A stretch of DNA of 64,000 nt, taken from NCBI GenBank assembly GCA_001949185.1, contig BDGG01000005.1, positions 1,663,249-1,727,248 on the forward strand, written 5' to 3'. This DNA comes from Ramazzottius varieornatus (taxonomy: Eukaryota; Animalia; Tardigrada). Positions 1 to 12,400 of this stretch are shown here, one piece after another. The notes under the pieces are model-generated. The model saw only the letters and a program-made list of their open reading frames with translations. It was not told the DNA's origin and did not search any database. A program made the position numbers and the translations under genes. Numbering within the stretch: the first letter of the stretch is position 1; every line of letters starts with the position of its first letter.

Positions 1-2442
1 AAGACTACGCGAAACTTGATGCCGGCAAGCTTCACGACCTCGTTGCGTCCATCAAAGAACAGTTTTCTTTCGCTCATCATCTTTCAGTCGGAATGTGTAG
101 TGTAAACGCTTTCAAAAGTACTTTCTTAACCAAACAATGCCCGTCATATCTGCATATGACCATGGTAGTGCTGTTGATGCTTCGAGCTCTCGGAGTGGAA
201 GTTCGGTTGGTCTACAGCATGCAGCCAGTGGCTGTCAAAGAAACAAAAGCCACCAAAGCAGCTTCTGCCACGAAGCGGAAAACCCCAGCGAAGTCCAAGA
301 AAACCGTGAAAGAAGAAGAACTGTCGGGAAGCGAAGCTGAGGGGAAGCCAAAGACAAAAGTTAGGGCGAAGCGAACTGCTGGTAAGCGGAAAAGAGCGCA
401 GTCAGAAAGCGGCGAGGAGGAAGTAGACGAGAAGAATGCAGTGAAAAGACCGGCAAGGAAAGCAGCAAAGAATGCGTCTGGGAAAAGAACGGCGATCAAA
501 ATTGAAGAGGACGAGTCGAATGCTGATGTGGAAATGTCCGAAGCGGAATTGTCGGAGTACGAAGGGGAGAAGAAGGGAAGGAAGAAGAAAACTCTCGCCA
601 AAAAGACCTCGCCTAAAAAGGTGAACCAAACTTGCTCATTCAAGGCCATGCTCGTATCTGGTGCTCAAACAAAGCCGTGCCCATAGAGCGTTGTTTTCAG
701 ACTTCGAAAGTATTTTGAATTTATTACATTAAATCGGCTTCTTCCGGGTATTGTATGCAAGAAACATGACAGTGGGGTTTTTCAGGAGACAAAGGGGAAA
801 CCTGAAGAAGCGACGAGGAATTTTCTGGAAGTTCCGAAAGCTGCGTCGGTGAAGGGCTCTCCGAGCACTTCGTTTGTTTCAGCTTCCTCTGCCGTGTCCC
901 GCAAGTCAGTAGCGAAGGAGAAGGGTGTTGACTACTGGCTAGAAGTCTATTGTGGTAAGACTCGGGCGTATGTCTCTGTTCACTGCATCAGCGGAGAAGT
1001 GGAAGCTGATGCGGACATCGAGCGGAGTGCCACACAGCCGCTGCACTATGTGGTGGCATTTGGCGAGAAATCTTCATTGAAAGATGGGACACCGAAGTAC
1101 GCTACTGAATGGCTCACCGTTAACCGGAAACTCCAGGTAAGCGAGAATCATTTCAAACCTGGGCTCAAAGTAAAATGGAGCGAATTTTGCGAACCTGCAT
1201 ACACGGTACTGCAGATTAACTGTAGGCGTAAGTATTCAGGTACGTGATGGATGAATGTATAGTCTGTTGGGCGACGCTTTCAAGGCTTGATTACGATTTT
1301 GTTCTATCTTTGTTCCGTTTTCCAGGTCGATGTGGAATGGTGGAAGGATCAGATGGACATGTACCGACCGCTGGACAAGAAGAAGGACGAAGCGGAAGAC
1401 AAAGCGATCCACGAGATACTTCTTCAACGTCCACGACCCGACATTCCACAGCTGTACAAGGGCCATCCACTCTACATTCTTCGTCCTCATCTCGCCAAGT
1501 ATGAAGCGCTGTACCCACCAAATCCAATCCCAGTAGGCGAAGTCAAAGGCGAGCCTGTCTACCTACGAGAGTGTGCGAAGCTGCTGCATACTAGGGAGAA
1601 CTGGTTGCGCGAAGCTAAGACTGTTAAGAAGGGTGAGAGACCCTACAAGGAAGTCAAGAAGGTCCAAAGAAAGAAGAAGATGGGCCGAAGAGGCAGAAAC
1701 GACCCGAACGCGATGTTGATGGCCCAGATTACCGAGAAGGAAGCGCAGAAAGTGGAAATGGTCGGTCTGTTTGGCGAATGGCAGATTGAAGACTTTGTTC
1801 CACCTGTTGCTGAAAATGTAAGTTGCCTGTCATGTACCTGCATGCACTAAGCCTTTTATAATAGGAGACGTTGGAGTATGCAGATGTATGAAAGTGTGTG
1901 GATTTTGCTTGATTTGATGTGATTTCTGGGGTGTAATTAGGGAAAGGTTCCGAGGAACTCCTACGGAAACGTGGAACTCTATCAGCCGCAGATGCTTCCC
2001 ATTGGATGTTCCTACATCAACATCAAAGGTAACGGCTTGAACCGAGTAGCGAAGAAGCTCGACATCGACGTGGCGGCAGCAGTGACCGGATGGGAGTTCC
2101 AGGGATGGCGAGCTCATCCGGTGATTGAAGGATGGGTGGTCTGTAAGGAGTACGAGAAGGAGCTGATGAAAGCTTGGAAGAAGGAAGAGGTAATATGCCT
2201 GCATTTTCTTGCAGTGAAAACGATTGTGTCTCGCACGAGTGGGTTTTTAGGTTGAAATAGCAAAGCGAGCTAAGGAAAGGAAATCTAAGAAAGCGATGGA
2301 TAACTGGCGGAAGATCTTCAAAGGCCTGGCGTTGAAGAGAAGGTTGCAGATGAAGTATGGAATTGACTTCACAGCGAGTGAAAAGCTGAAAACCTTCATA
2401 CAGAAGACCGACATGACGAAAGTGGAGAGCGACGAAGAATAA
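1..2442 (+). CDS. XPC: XPC/Rad4 DNA damage recognition protein, 5' part outside window; exons approx <1-620, 786-1136, 1326-1817, 1941-2189, 2251-2442
   Basis: Motifs DYWLEVY, YKGHPLYILRPHLAKYEALYP, LHTRENWLREAK, LFGEWQ, GKVPRNSYGNVEL and GWEFQGWRAHPVIEG match the Rad4 transglutaminase-like and BHD domains. GT-AG junctions keep the frame. Confidence 0.95.
1193..1246. repeat. Family B bipartite inverted motif (XPC intron)
   Basis: acctgcatac-N29-gtattcaggt. Confidence 0.7.
1831..1890. repeat. Family B bipartite inverted motif (XPC intron)
   Basis: catgtacctgcatgc-N30-gtatgcagatgtatg. Confidence 0.8.
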
Positions 2443-2841
2443 TCTTAATAGTCCTGACCGTATCAACTCAAATTCAGTTCTTTGTCTTAGAATATTCCTC
2501 GTTGCGAACCTGCTACTGTAATATTGTGTTTACTTGAGGAGTCTGCTTTGGGAGGTCCTACGTTTCATAATTGTCAGGTTTATCGTTCTCATTCTGCTTA
2601 ATCGTCTTTAATTTTATTACATGAGTATTTACAATGGCTCCTCGAAGTCTCGCAGAGAAGATGCATGGAGCTACGGATTCTTGATTTTTCAACAAAACAA
2701 AATGTGCGAAAATGTTGTATGTGTTCCATGGTTCTAACAACGTCACGGCCTCGGTGTGACATCAAAATTATAGAATTCAAAAAAGATCTTAATATTTTGG
2801 GGGAGTGAAACGCAAACGGGTCGTGAAAAGATGAGACAAAC

Positions 2842-5203
2842 TTAAACTTCCATTGGTCCACTCTCATCAGTTTGAGCCTTCAAAAAGGCCTCGTACTTTT
2901 CCTGGTCCAGCTTTGTGAAACTGTTGGTCTTCCTCTTGCTTATGGGCTTTCCTTTGTTCGTCAAGTTTCCGCACGGTTTACCGGCTGGTGAAGCTTGCTT
3001 GGCGGGAGTTGAAGGGGCAGATTTCGCGGCCTTGTTGGCAGCACGCTTCTGCAGCAGCCCTCCAAACTTCTGGTTGTTCGTCTTCCTTCGGACTTCTTGC
3101 TCGGCGTTACTGCAAAACATCGAGTTCAGGAAGTCCTTGTCAACCATGGAACTACCGTTCTCGAAATCATGAGATTCGTAAGTGCCATCACAGGTGAAGT
3201 GCGTGCCGTAGATAAAGCTCTTCTCTCGACCCATAGATTCTTTGCGAGTTACTATATCCACCGCAGTGGTGAAAACGCGAAGGCTTTCGAGCAAATACTC
3301 CATTGGTTCTCCTATAGAAATAAAAAGGTTGATCGTCATAGGACAGCGACGTGAATACATCTGAAGACTTGGCCAACGAACTCGACAAGGTTGTTTCCCA
3401 AGTGGCGCACACTTTCTGTATTACTGGCAGTAAGCGTGCCCCACTTGAGGAAAAAAATTCTTGTCAGAGTCACTCCCATTTCAAAAATACAAGCAGAAGA
3501 ATTCCGATCAAATTTCACATTTACAGTCCACAAGTTCTCTGTTCCATCTTGGACTCACCCTAGTGATCTTCACGTTCGAAAACAATAGCATTGGACAAAA
3601 ATAGGTAAATTTACCTGTGACGCCCTTCTTCGAAGTCTCGATGATCGTCTGCAGCAGCTTCTTGAAGCATTTAGCCGCTTCTTTCTTGTCACTACTGGCC
3701 TGAACGCATTATTTTCAAAATATCACCACAGTCAAAAGCAGTACACAATGACAACAAAGTTCACCAATGGAAGATTTGGACAGAAATACTCACCAGTGAT
3801 TCTTCCGTTGCCTTTTCGTCGTTGGCGAGTCTTTGAGCCACAGCCGGATGAACTCGCGCGCGTTCGAACTTGGAGGTCTCGAACTCGGTGGGAACCAGCT
3901 GGGCGCTCTCGGTCTTCGAGAACTCCACCATACGCTTCTTGACCGTGCCGATCGATATTTTTGCCAAGCTAATCAGCTTCTCCAGGTCGATCTCAACGTT
4001 GAACGTACGGGATGCGATGACGATGGCTGCCGCAGTCACACCAGCCGGTTTTCGACCACTGTCCAACCAGTCTTTCTTCATGCGCTGCACTATGGTTTCC
4101 GCTCGATCGCGAACCTAGAGGGCCGCACATCATTCTTCGTAACGCCACTTTGACAAGTCAAAAATATTATAGAAATGGGGCTCGGCAAGCAGGCTAAACA
4201 AGATCGCTTTCCCAAGTGGCGCACATCTTCAGTGTTATTGGCTGAGAGCGTGCGCAGCTTGAGAGAAGCCATCGTGTTCAGTTTATTGTCCAACTTTGCC
4301 GAACTACCAAGATGTTCTGACTGGAAGAATTTACCTTTGTGAACAGCCAGCTGTCTCCGATGAGCTGGTAACACAATCGCTCAACTTGTCTCACCAGGTC
4401 TTGACTGGGCATTTCGATAGACAGACAGAGAACCAAATCGCGAACTGTTTTACGCAGCTCGTGGAACGTAGAGTTGCTTGGCTGAAGAAAGTCTGACATT
4501 GTATGGCTCATCTGAGCTCGCCGAGTGCCTGAAGAAAACGAAACGTCGTTCGTCGGTTCAGAAGGGACGAAGAGTTGTAATAAAGTGATCTGGCGCTTAC
4601 CGATGTACAAGCAAGCGGAGAGAAGCAGTTGGTTCTTTCTTCCGCTGGTCATCAGGTTCCTCTTGGCTTTCTTGTAGACTTCGAAGGCATCCCGAACGAC
4701 TGCTTCGTCGCACTTCGTCCCTGTCGCAATACCACGAAGAATGTCTCTGTTCTTCTTGAATATCATGGCTTCGGACTGTTGCTTTGACCAAGCTGGAGCG
4801 TCCACTGAAACAGAGAGAAAGCAAGCCAGAAACGATCGGATTTCCGTACCAATCTCTGGTTTTCTCAGCACTTTCCGACGGTCAGAATGCCTCGAAGTCA
4901 TATATACACATCAGTAATCACTTACGGTCCAGCTGGCTGTTCTGTCCAGAAATGCAGGTCTTCCCCGACGCGTCCTTCTCGAACAAAAGAGGGCTGATGA
5001 ACGGCTGGTCATCGATGATCAGACCACAACCTCCGCAGGAAATGGAACTGCGAGCCTGCTGCAGTAGTAGTGAGTCCGTCAAAAGACAAGCCTCTGAGGA
5101 ACCGTACAACAAGGAAACTCACCTCGGAACCTGAAAGTGATCTGGTGTGGCCATAACATTCTCGGCAGACTGGAATTTCCGTCTTGCCGAACAAGTCAGC
5201 CAT
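2842..5203 (-). CDS. BRF1: Divergent TFIIIB BRF1-like factor (Zn ribbon, two cyclin folds, degenerate C-terminal TBP-binding block); multi-exon
   Basis: Zn ribbon CRECYG...CGGCGLIIDD; SGRKNQLLLSACLYI; MQRMKKDWLDSGRKPAGVTAAAIVIASR...TVKKRMVEF resembles BRF1 [21 protein letters not shown]...TLRKRLTEF. Confidence 0.85.
3391..3455. repeat. Family A palindrome (BRF1 intron)
   Basis: cccaagtggcgcac-N25-gtgccccacttgag. Confidence 0.85.
4173..4280. repeat. Family A palindrome (BRF1 intron)
   Basis: aaatggggctcggcaa...cccaagtggcgcac-N25-gtgcgcagcttgag. Confidence 0.85.
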
Positions 5204-5901
5204 CCTTCCGCCGACCAAACCGTCCGGTCGGCTCCTTTAAAAAGTTGTGGGGAAGTCGTAGCCTGGAGGAACTTAGAAGAGGGAGGATACCGAGAAGCCA
5301 CCTCCTTTTGCTCAAACAAAGTCGTACTTTCAAAATCAAGAATCAATCGTACGAGGGTGATATGCGGAAAGTTCGGGCGGAGTGTACCGTCGCCAAACAA
5401 GCTGACCAATCATCAGGCTTTCCACAGTGACGGCGCGAGCACAAACTCCCACGCGAATCTGCGACATGCACATGAAATGCACAACCAGTGGTTCTAACCG
5501 GTTCTTCATACGCAGCTGACTGAGCTGAGTACGCTGGGGCATACCAGCTTCACAAGGGAGAATGGGCAATGGCCCATGGCAGCAAAGTGACCGGAGGAAC
5601 TTCTGGTTTATTCAAAAAATATCGTCGAACTTCTCAATTTTCTGTACCGCGGCGAACTGAACTTTGCATTTTAGAGCCTGTGAAGAGTAAATCTGGAAAA
5701 GGGTAACCACATCTTGAGCGAAACGAGCTCTGGAGTCTGTAATGCATGCAGTATTCAGGATTATAATCATATAAACGACCAAGGACAAAAACGTCACGGG
5801 AAAGATCTCCAACGACGAGCAACTCGCCGTCTCACAAAAACTGCAGAAGAATTTAAAAAAAGTTATAGAATACGATAGAGCTACCTAAAGGCCCGAATAA
5901 C

Positions 5902-7157
5902 TTAGGCTTCTTGAGACTGGGCATTGCTGGCGGCGTGCTGAGTGGATGCTCTGGTAGAGGCTTTGCCTTTTCCGGCAGGAGGCTTACTGGTGCGAGGTTT
6001 CGGCTGAGGAGGGGCGAGCTTGACTGCTGCAGGTTTCGGCTGAAGAATAACCTTAGACATTACGTGCTTTGGTTGAGCAGGAGCGGGAGCCAGTAGTTCC
6101 TCCGGAAATGTATCATCTCCACTTTCTCCTTCGTCGTCTTCAATGTTCTCGTTGTTTTGGGCACCTTGATCGTTCTCAGTGACATTCTGAGTATTTTCAT
6201 CGTTGCTGTCATGGGCGTCGTCCTCTTCCTGGTCGTCTTCTTCCTCCTCTCCAGAAGACTCCAACTCCGACTCTTCTTCCACTGTATCCGGGCGAGCAGG
6301 AGCTTTGTTCGCTGGAGCTGGTGCTGACTTTGGAGGAGGAACTTTCGACGAAGCGATCCGAGACTTCTTGGCAGGAGGAGACTTCTCTGTGGCTGCAGCA
6401 GGACGCTTCTTTAAAGTCTGCTTGGCCTTCCGCGGTTCTTTTACTGCCTCTTCAGCTCGCGAACCTCCAGGTCCTCCAGACGTTGCCTTGGTCTTGAGCG
6501 GCACCGACTGAGTCTGCTCTGCTCCCGCACCTCCAGACTCTGTCTTCTTCTTCAGCAAGACCGGTTGGATTTGAGGGATGACACCGCCCTCAGCAATGAT
6601 CACATCTCCGAGGAGTCGACTCAACTGGAAAAAGAAAGCAGAAAGTTAGGAACCATACTTCCTGGTCGCGATACAAAGCCATTTTGCGTTGCGCGGACGC
6701 ATGACGTCGATCATAGAAGTCAAGTGGATCATCCGACGCCATTCAGAAAGCAGAACAAGGAAGTGGAAGTTTCCTTCAGTCTCACCTCTTCATCGTTACG
6801 AATAGCCAGCATGATATGTCGAGGAGTAATGCGTCCCCTCTTGTTGTCACGAGCAGCATGTCCCGCCAGCTCCATGACTTCCGCAACCAGGTATTCGATG
6901 ACGGCGGCAGCGTAAACGGAGGCTCCAGTTCCGATACGCTGGGCATAGTTGCCTTGCTTCAGCTAGAAGGCACAAAATTGAATGCTTTATCAGTTGGTCC
7001 TTGGGCTCACCTAGCAGCGAGAATCACTTACGTGCCGATGGATACGGCTGACAGAAAAGACGATTCCGGCCTTCTTGGCGTGACTGGTCGGATCCTTCCG
7101 TCTTCTGCTTCCTTCTCCCTTCTGCCTCTGAGTTCCTCCTCCCTGAATCGTAGACAT
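5902..7157 (-). CDS. Histone H2A variant (~341 aa) with a very long C-terminal tail ending SQEA; exons 7157-7032, 6962-6786, 6624-5902
   Basis: Spliced translation gives [101 protein letters not shown], a clear H2A fold, followed by ~210 aa of low-complexity tail. Confidence 0.93.
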
Positions 7158-7616
7158 GGCTGTAGGAAGTCCAGAACTAAAGGATGGATCAACAAAAGAG
7201 CACCACAAACACGCTGGAAAGTAAATATAAAATGGCGAGGAAGAGGAAGAAAAATGAAGAAGAAATCAGGAAGCGAAGACCCGACGGCGAAGCACAACCA
7301 TCGAAATGACTGTAGTTGAAGTTGAAGACTGAATAATCGCTGCTCTTTCACCCGAAGGCTTTGCTCACCCGGATCCCTCATCACTATCGCTGTCGATGAC
7401 TTTTCAGACCCTTTGTTCATGTTGTTGAATCTCCAGTCTCATTGTAAGAAGGGCGGTTCCTCATGTACGCGCCAAGACTGAAATACCCCGGGAATGCATC
7501 ATCAAAACATGAAGTTTTCCCGACTTATTCTTTCACTGATTGTTCTCAAGCAAAACAGTAAACAAAGTTTCGAAATATTTTGAGCTTTTTTGAGCGAAAA
7601 CTGTTTGCTAAGGAGA

Positions 7617-8685
7617 CTAAGAGTAAAACGAAGCAAAGGTAAGGAACCCCGAATGCCCAGGTACTTCCCACGGTACAATGGCAGTTGGAAAAGAAACTTG
7701 GCTGAAAGGAGTCTTGAGCTTGTTATCTCTTCGCTCATCCGTGTTTGCTTCCGCTTGAGTAGGAATCCAGCAGTTCATTGTCAATGTTTTAACTTCTAGC
7801 GGTCTCATCAAGCATTCTAAAGTTACAATATCTTTGAACCCATGAGCCTTCAATTCCTTACAGGTTCTCTGGACTTGTTCGATACAGGGAGAAAAAGATC
7901 CGAGGCGACCTCCGCTTTTCTTCAAGGCTTTCTTGGCATGAGGAACTGCAAACCACGGACAAGGAAGGTCGAGCAGGATCGCATCCAGAACGCCATCTAG
8001 CGTTCCATATCCATCCTACAGAACACGGAAAACAACTTAACCGCCATGCACGCACGACGTCACAGAGCTGCGAACGAGTAGCGACAATGTGTGAGATACT
8101 GTAGTGACGTCACACGCAAGCGGTAACAACACGCTAAAATGACTAACTTAAGCTGAGCCAAAAATGGAAATCACGAACCTTGTAAACGTCCGAATGTTGT
8201 GCCGTGACGACAGAAGCGAGCCCATGGCTATTAATCTCTTTCTGGAACTGCAGAACGCGTAGTTCATGGTAGTCGAACGTGAAAAGATGACCATGCGGCG
8301 CAACGGTGCGAGCGATGGCGTGAGAAAGCGATCCACTTCCGGTGCCCGATTCTCCCACGACGGAGCCAGGCTTCAGGTCTAACTGCATCAGGATCATACT
8401 GATATCGGGGAGATAGAGGATCTGCGTCCTGAAAGGCATAGTTTTGGTCCACAGTTCTGGCGTTGGTTGGAGTAGCTGGACGTAGCCATTCTTGCAGCGA
8501 AATTTCGTTCCATAGCGATGTCCGATTATGCTCTGGAACGGAATTGCGCCGTATTTGGTATGGATCGCGGTCTTCCCCGCCGATAGATCCACATGGACAG
8601 CCAGCATGGTTGTAAAATCGATGTAGACTATAATGACATCTCCGGCCGCGACAGTATCCTTTCGGTTTTGGTTGAAGAAGCTCAT
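7617..8685 (-). CDS. TRMT61A: tRNA (adenine-58-N1)-methyltransferase catalytic subunit; exons 8685-8179, 8015-7617
   Basis: PTPELWTKTMPFRTQILY, GESGTGSGSLSHAIAR, LDLPCPW, SFSPCIEQVQR, GHSGFLTFA. Confidence 0.95.
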
Positions 8686-8908
8686 TCTGAACGACTGGCG
8701 TCCTCCTGCTTCGTGTCCGAGCGTTTCACTGAGGCGCAAACAGCCTCCAAAACTTCCGGGAATTTGACGTCCGTGTGAGCAGAAGATCAACTCCAGGAAG
8801 CTTCATCCGTCCCAGAAACCTAGGAAAGAAGAGTCAACGGGACAAGGAACAGGATTAAAGATTCAAAAATAATGCGCCATTCGAACGAAATTAAAATTTA
8901 TTCAGAGC

Positions 8909-9112
8909 CACGTGGTTAAGCTGTACTTACGAGAGGGCACGTGCTCTTTGTTTGCCCTGTTGATGATAGAAAACAGCCACCAGGCACCTTTGCCCTGGAT
9001 ATGAGTCATAGTAGGCGGCACCGCAGCAACAACGCATCTCCAGTGTCAACTTCAACGTCACGTGTCCTCTCCAGTAAAATCAGATGGGAAGTCAGCGCGA
9101 ACAGACCACGTG
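8909..9112. promoter_or_regulatory. Cluster of four CACGTG E-boxes in the TRMT61A/TOPORS head-to-head promoter region
   Basis: CACGTG at 8909, 8938, 9059 and 9107 between divergently transcribed genes. Confidence 0.5.
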
Positions 9113-9482
9113 GAGATTTTAAAATCGTTTATTTTTTATGGCCATGTTGTTAGCTGGGTGTCTTTGAAGTTCCTCAGTTTGTTTTCTGGAAATCTCAAAA
9201 TCGATCTGTCCATCCTACGTATCTGTAACGCGTTGGTTTGTAGCCTAACAAGACGGATCTTTTTTGTTAAGGTAAGCCGAGGAATGCGTTGGGACAGATG
9301 GTTACTGAGCGCAGAAGACGCAGCGACGTACGGTCATCGCAGCGACGCAGCGCGCGACAGTAGCGAAAGCCAGTCAGGTGTGACATTTCTTTCTTCGCAG
9401 GTCAACGTGTCGTGCATCTTCTGGCTGTGTAATCATGGATGCCTCTTACGACTTTAGTTTTCCCGAACGTTTGCTCCAGCAA

Positions 9483-12400
9483 ATGGATACGTCCGGAATG
9501 GGGAGCCATCTTCCACAGCCTAGCGCGGGATCTTCTAACGCGTCGCTTATGCAGATGAGCACTCCTCGATCGACGTCACAAGGTTAAAAATACTCCTCAC
9601 TATAAAGTAAAAACCCATCGAAGATAATTCCTATATCGTCTTCTTGTCTGCGAAGATACGGGGAATTGAAGCGCGGAAGCCAGCCGGATGTTTGGCATAA
9701 AATTAGGAAAAAATTCCAGCTCGGAAGATTATTTTCGTACGATTGATTGCATCAGTTTCTGTTTATTTTTCCAGATGATCGTTCTCATCAACCGATAAAT
9801 GGTCAAGTCCACTACTTCGGTCCTTACTCTCCTCCCGCTGTCACTTTCTCCGTCAGTTCTCCGTCAGTTGGTAGAGCTTTGAGCTCTACCAACTGGGAAG
9901 CGTTGCTGAACAGCCGCGACATGGATCGCATCGACGGTATTCCTAACCCCGAAACAGACGACATGGAGCTCGACATGGAAACGGAGCCGCCGTCCACCGA
10001 GCTAGCCTTCGCTAATCCTCTCCCAAGACGTACCGGTCCTGAAGTTCCTTTCCGTCTACCGTCCAACGACCATAATTACGCCCGAAGAGAGTCCAGTGCC
10101 GAACACAGCTCGCCTGAGATCGCCTCTAACGTTCGAAGCTTCACTTTTCGACCTCTTTCTCGCTCCACAGCTAATATTGACTTGACCGAATCCTCTTCGT
10201 CATCCTCCCTTTCCTCTTCTCTTGAAGGACAGGCCAACAACTCGACAATCAGTTCGATTACCAGTTCTGGGGAAAATCGGAACGAAGGCGGGTTTCGATC
10301 GAGGTTTTCAGCGAGGCTTCGCAACGCTAGTCTGTCGCTTCTGGGCGCTGTAACGGGAAGAAGGTCTGCCTCCCCGGAGATCCCCTTACCTTCTCGTTCT
10401 ATGGCACGACGTGCAGCTGCTAGTCGGGAAGCTGATAGACCGAGGAGAGTCCTGAGGCCACCTAGTCGTCATACTCCAAGATTCACCGACATGTCTCCGT
10501 CGCTCGATTCCCTTTTCTCGAACTTCTTACCTCGTTCAGCGACTGTGAGTAAAGTGGGTGAGACGGGGCTAAACGCCTCGAGCAAGAAGAAGATTTTGCC
10601 GAAGCTGAAAGAGACCATGCAGAAGTTGGGGATTGACAGTGACCAGCCCAGATCGAGCCGAGCCATGACGCCGGACAAGTGCTCCATCTGCCTGGAAGTA
10701 CCGACGAAGTTGACGGCCAGTCTGACGTTCCCTTGTCTTCACACGTTCTGTGAAGAGTGCATTTCGCACTGGGTGAAGACCAAGAATTCATGTCCTAATT
10801 GCCAAGCTAATGTGACGCGAATTGTCTTCAACCTTCGCTCCGAACACGTAAGTGACGAGGCTATCCCGAACTTTCATCAGATTGAACTTCTATGTGACAA
10901 AGATAGGAATCAGACACGCAAAACCGTAATACACGTGACAGAGAAGGCTGAATATTTTGCATAAGAGGAAGGTGGAGAAAAATTACCAGACAAGATCCTA
11001 GACAAAAAAACTTGTTTCTCTGAGTGGCGCACGTTGTCAGACAATAAAACCGGAAGCATGCGCCACTTAGGGAAGCGACCCGCCCGTGTTTGTTTGCCGA
11101 GCTCCCAAAATATTAGAGTATTAAATTTTGTGAAAATGGAAGCGAAGTTTTGGAATAGATTTCAACAAGGTTTTCTGGTTTCAGGATTACGATGTGAAGC
11201 CTGTGGAAGAAAGGAACGAGTTGATGAACCCTGCATTGCCGGTTGATGGGTATGATCTCGTCGTGGTTGTCGAAGAACCCTCGTCCTTCGATGTTGCACG
11301 GTCTTTTGTTTTCAGCGACGTTTTCGAAATCTTCTGGCAGCTGCATCGACATCGTTTGGAACGACAACGACAGGATCGAGCACCAGAACGGTAAGAGTAT
11401 TTTGGTTTTTATGGCTGTTGAAATCCGGTTGAAACGAGTAGAGTTGATCTTCCATGTGTAACGAAGCCTGCAGAATAACTGATAGCGCATATAGCACAAC
11501 CTTTGTGACTCAACGTTTTCTTGATTTTGATGATCGTGAGTCTTTGTGACTTGTCATGCCTGCTGATAACGCTTCGGTGATCTAATGAATACTGATTACC
11601 TTTTGTTTGCGTTTTTTCCTACTTGTCTTCACTATTGGAAGACAGGAGTTCAGTCAACTGAGGGACGGGTCTTTCTTATTGATCTTTAAAAATTACTTAT
11701 CCCGTCTTTGATTTCGTTGCAGAACTGTAGCCGAACCCGCTGCGCGAGCTTCCGTAACTCGACAAGTGACGGTTGGTCGCGGTAACCCGTATACCAACCG
11801 GCATCCCATCCGAGAAGCTTTCGAAGTCGGGAGACTTTACGATCGCGCCTTTCCTGACCAGCCGAACGCTGAGATTCAAGCCCTGGTACTGGTCAATGGC
11901 TTTGAGGTAACAGCACTAACAAGAAATCTAACAGAGAATCAGTATTTTTCTCTTTGAAAATATGCGCTGACAAAGATGACCTTGACTGTCATCCACGTGC
12001 ATGCAGTGACTCATGCAAGAAGTGTCCTATGCAGGCATGCAGGTGGATGCGAAACTACGGATTTCGTGAACCGGGCATCCACCTGCATGCTTGAAGCTGT
12101 GCATCGAGAGCGGTACATGAGTACGTAGGAGGGTACGCCGTGGGTGTGTCTTTTTTGGCGAACTGTCAGCTCGCCGAGGGACTCAGGTATTGTGTCTGAT
12201 TAATGGTTTTCTTTTATAGGTATCTCGTGTGGAGTTCCGTCGTCGTGTATACGGCGAGAACCTTCAGGGTGGTGTAAAGATTTTGTCGGTGGAACAAGTT
12301 CGCCTAGCGCCTAGTCAGCTCGAAGCTTCCACCACCAACTATCAAGGGTACTGGGACCGTCTCCAGCCATGGCTGCGTCGAGAAATTACGGCAGCTATGG

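Noticed and set aside
212-649. Many antisense or overlapping ORFs in the ORF track
   Set aside because: They are shadow frames of real exons on the opposite strand or in another frame.
8050-8120. Possible third bipartite family built on TGACGTCA (also near 6711, 50651, 50761)
   Set aside because: Spacing is inconsistent and there are too few copies to support a family.
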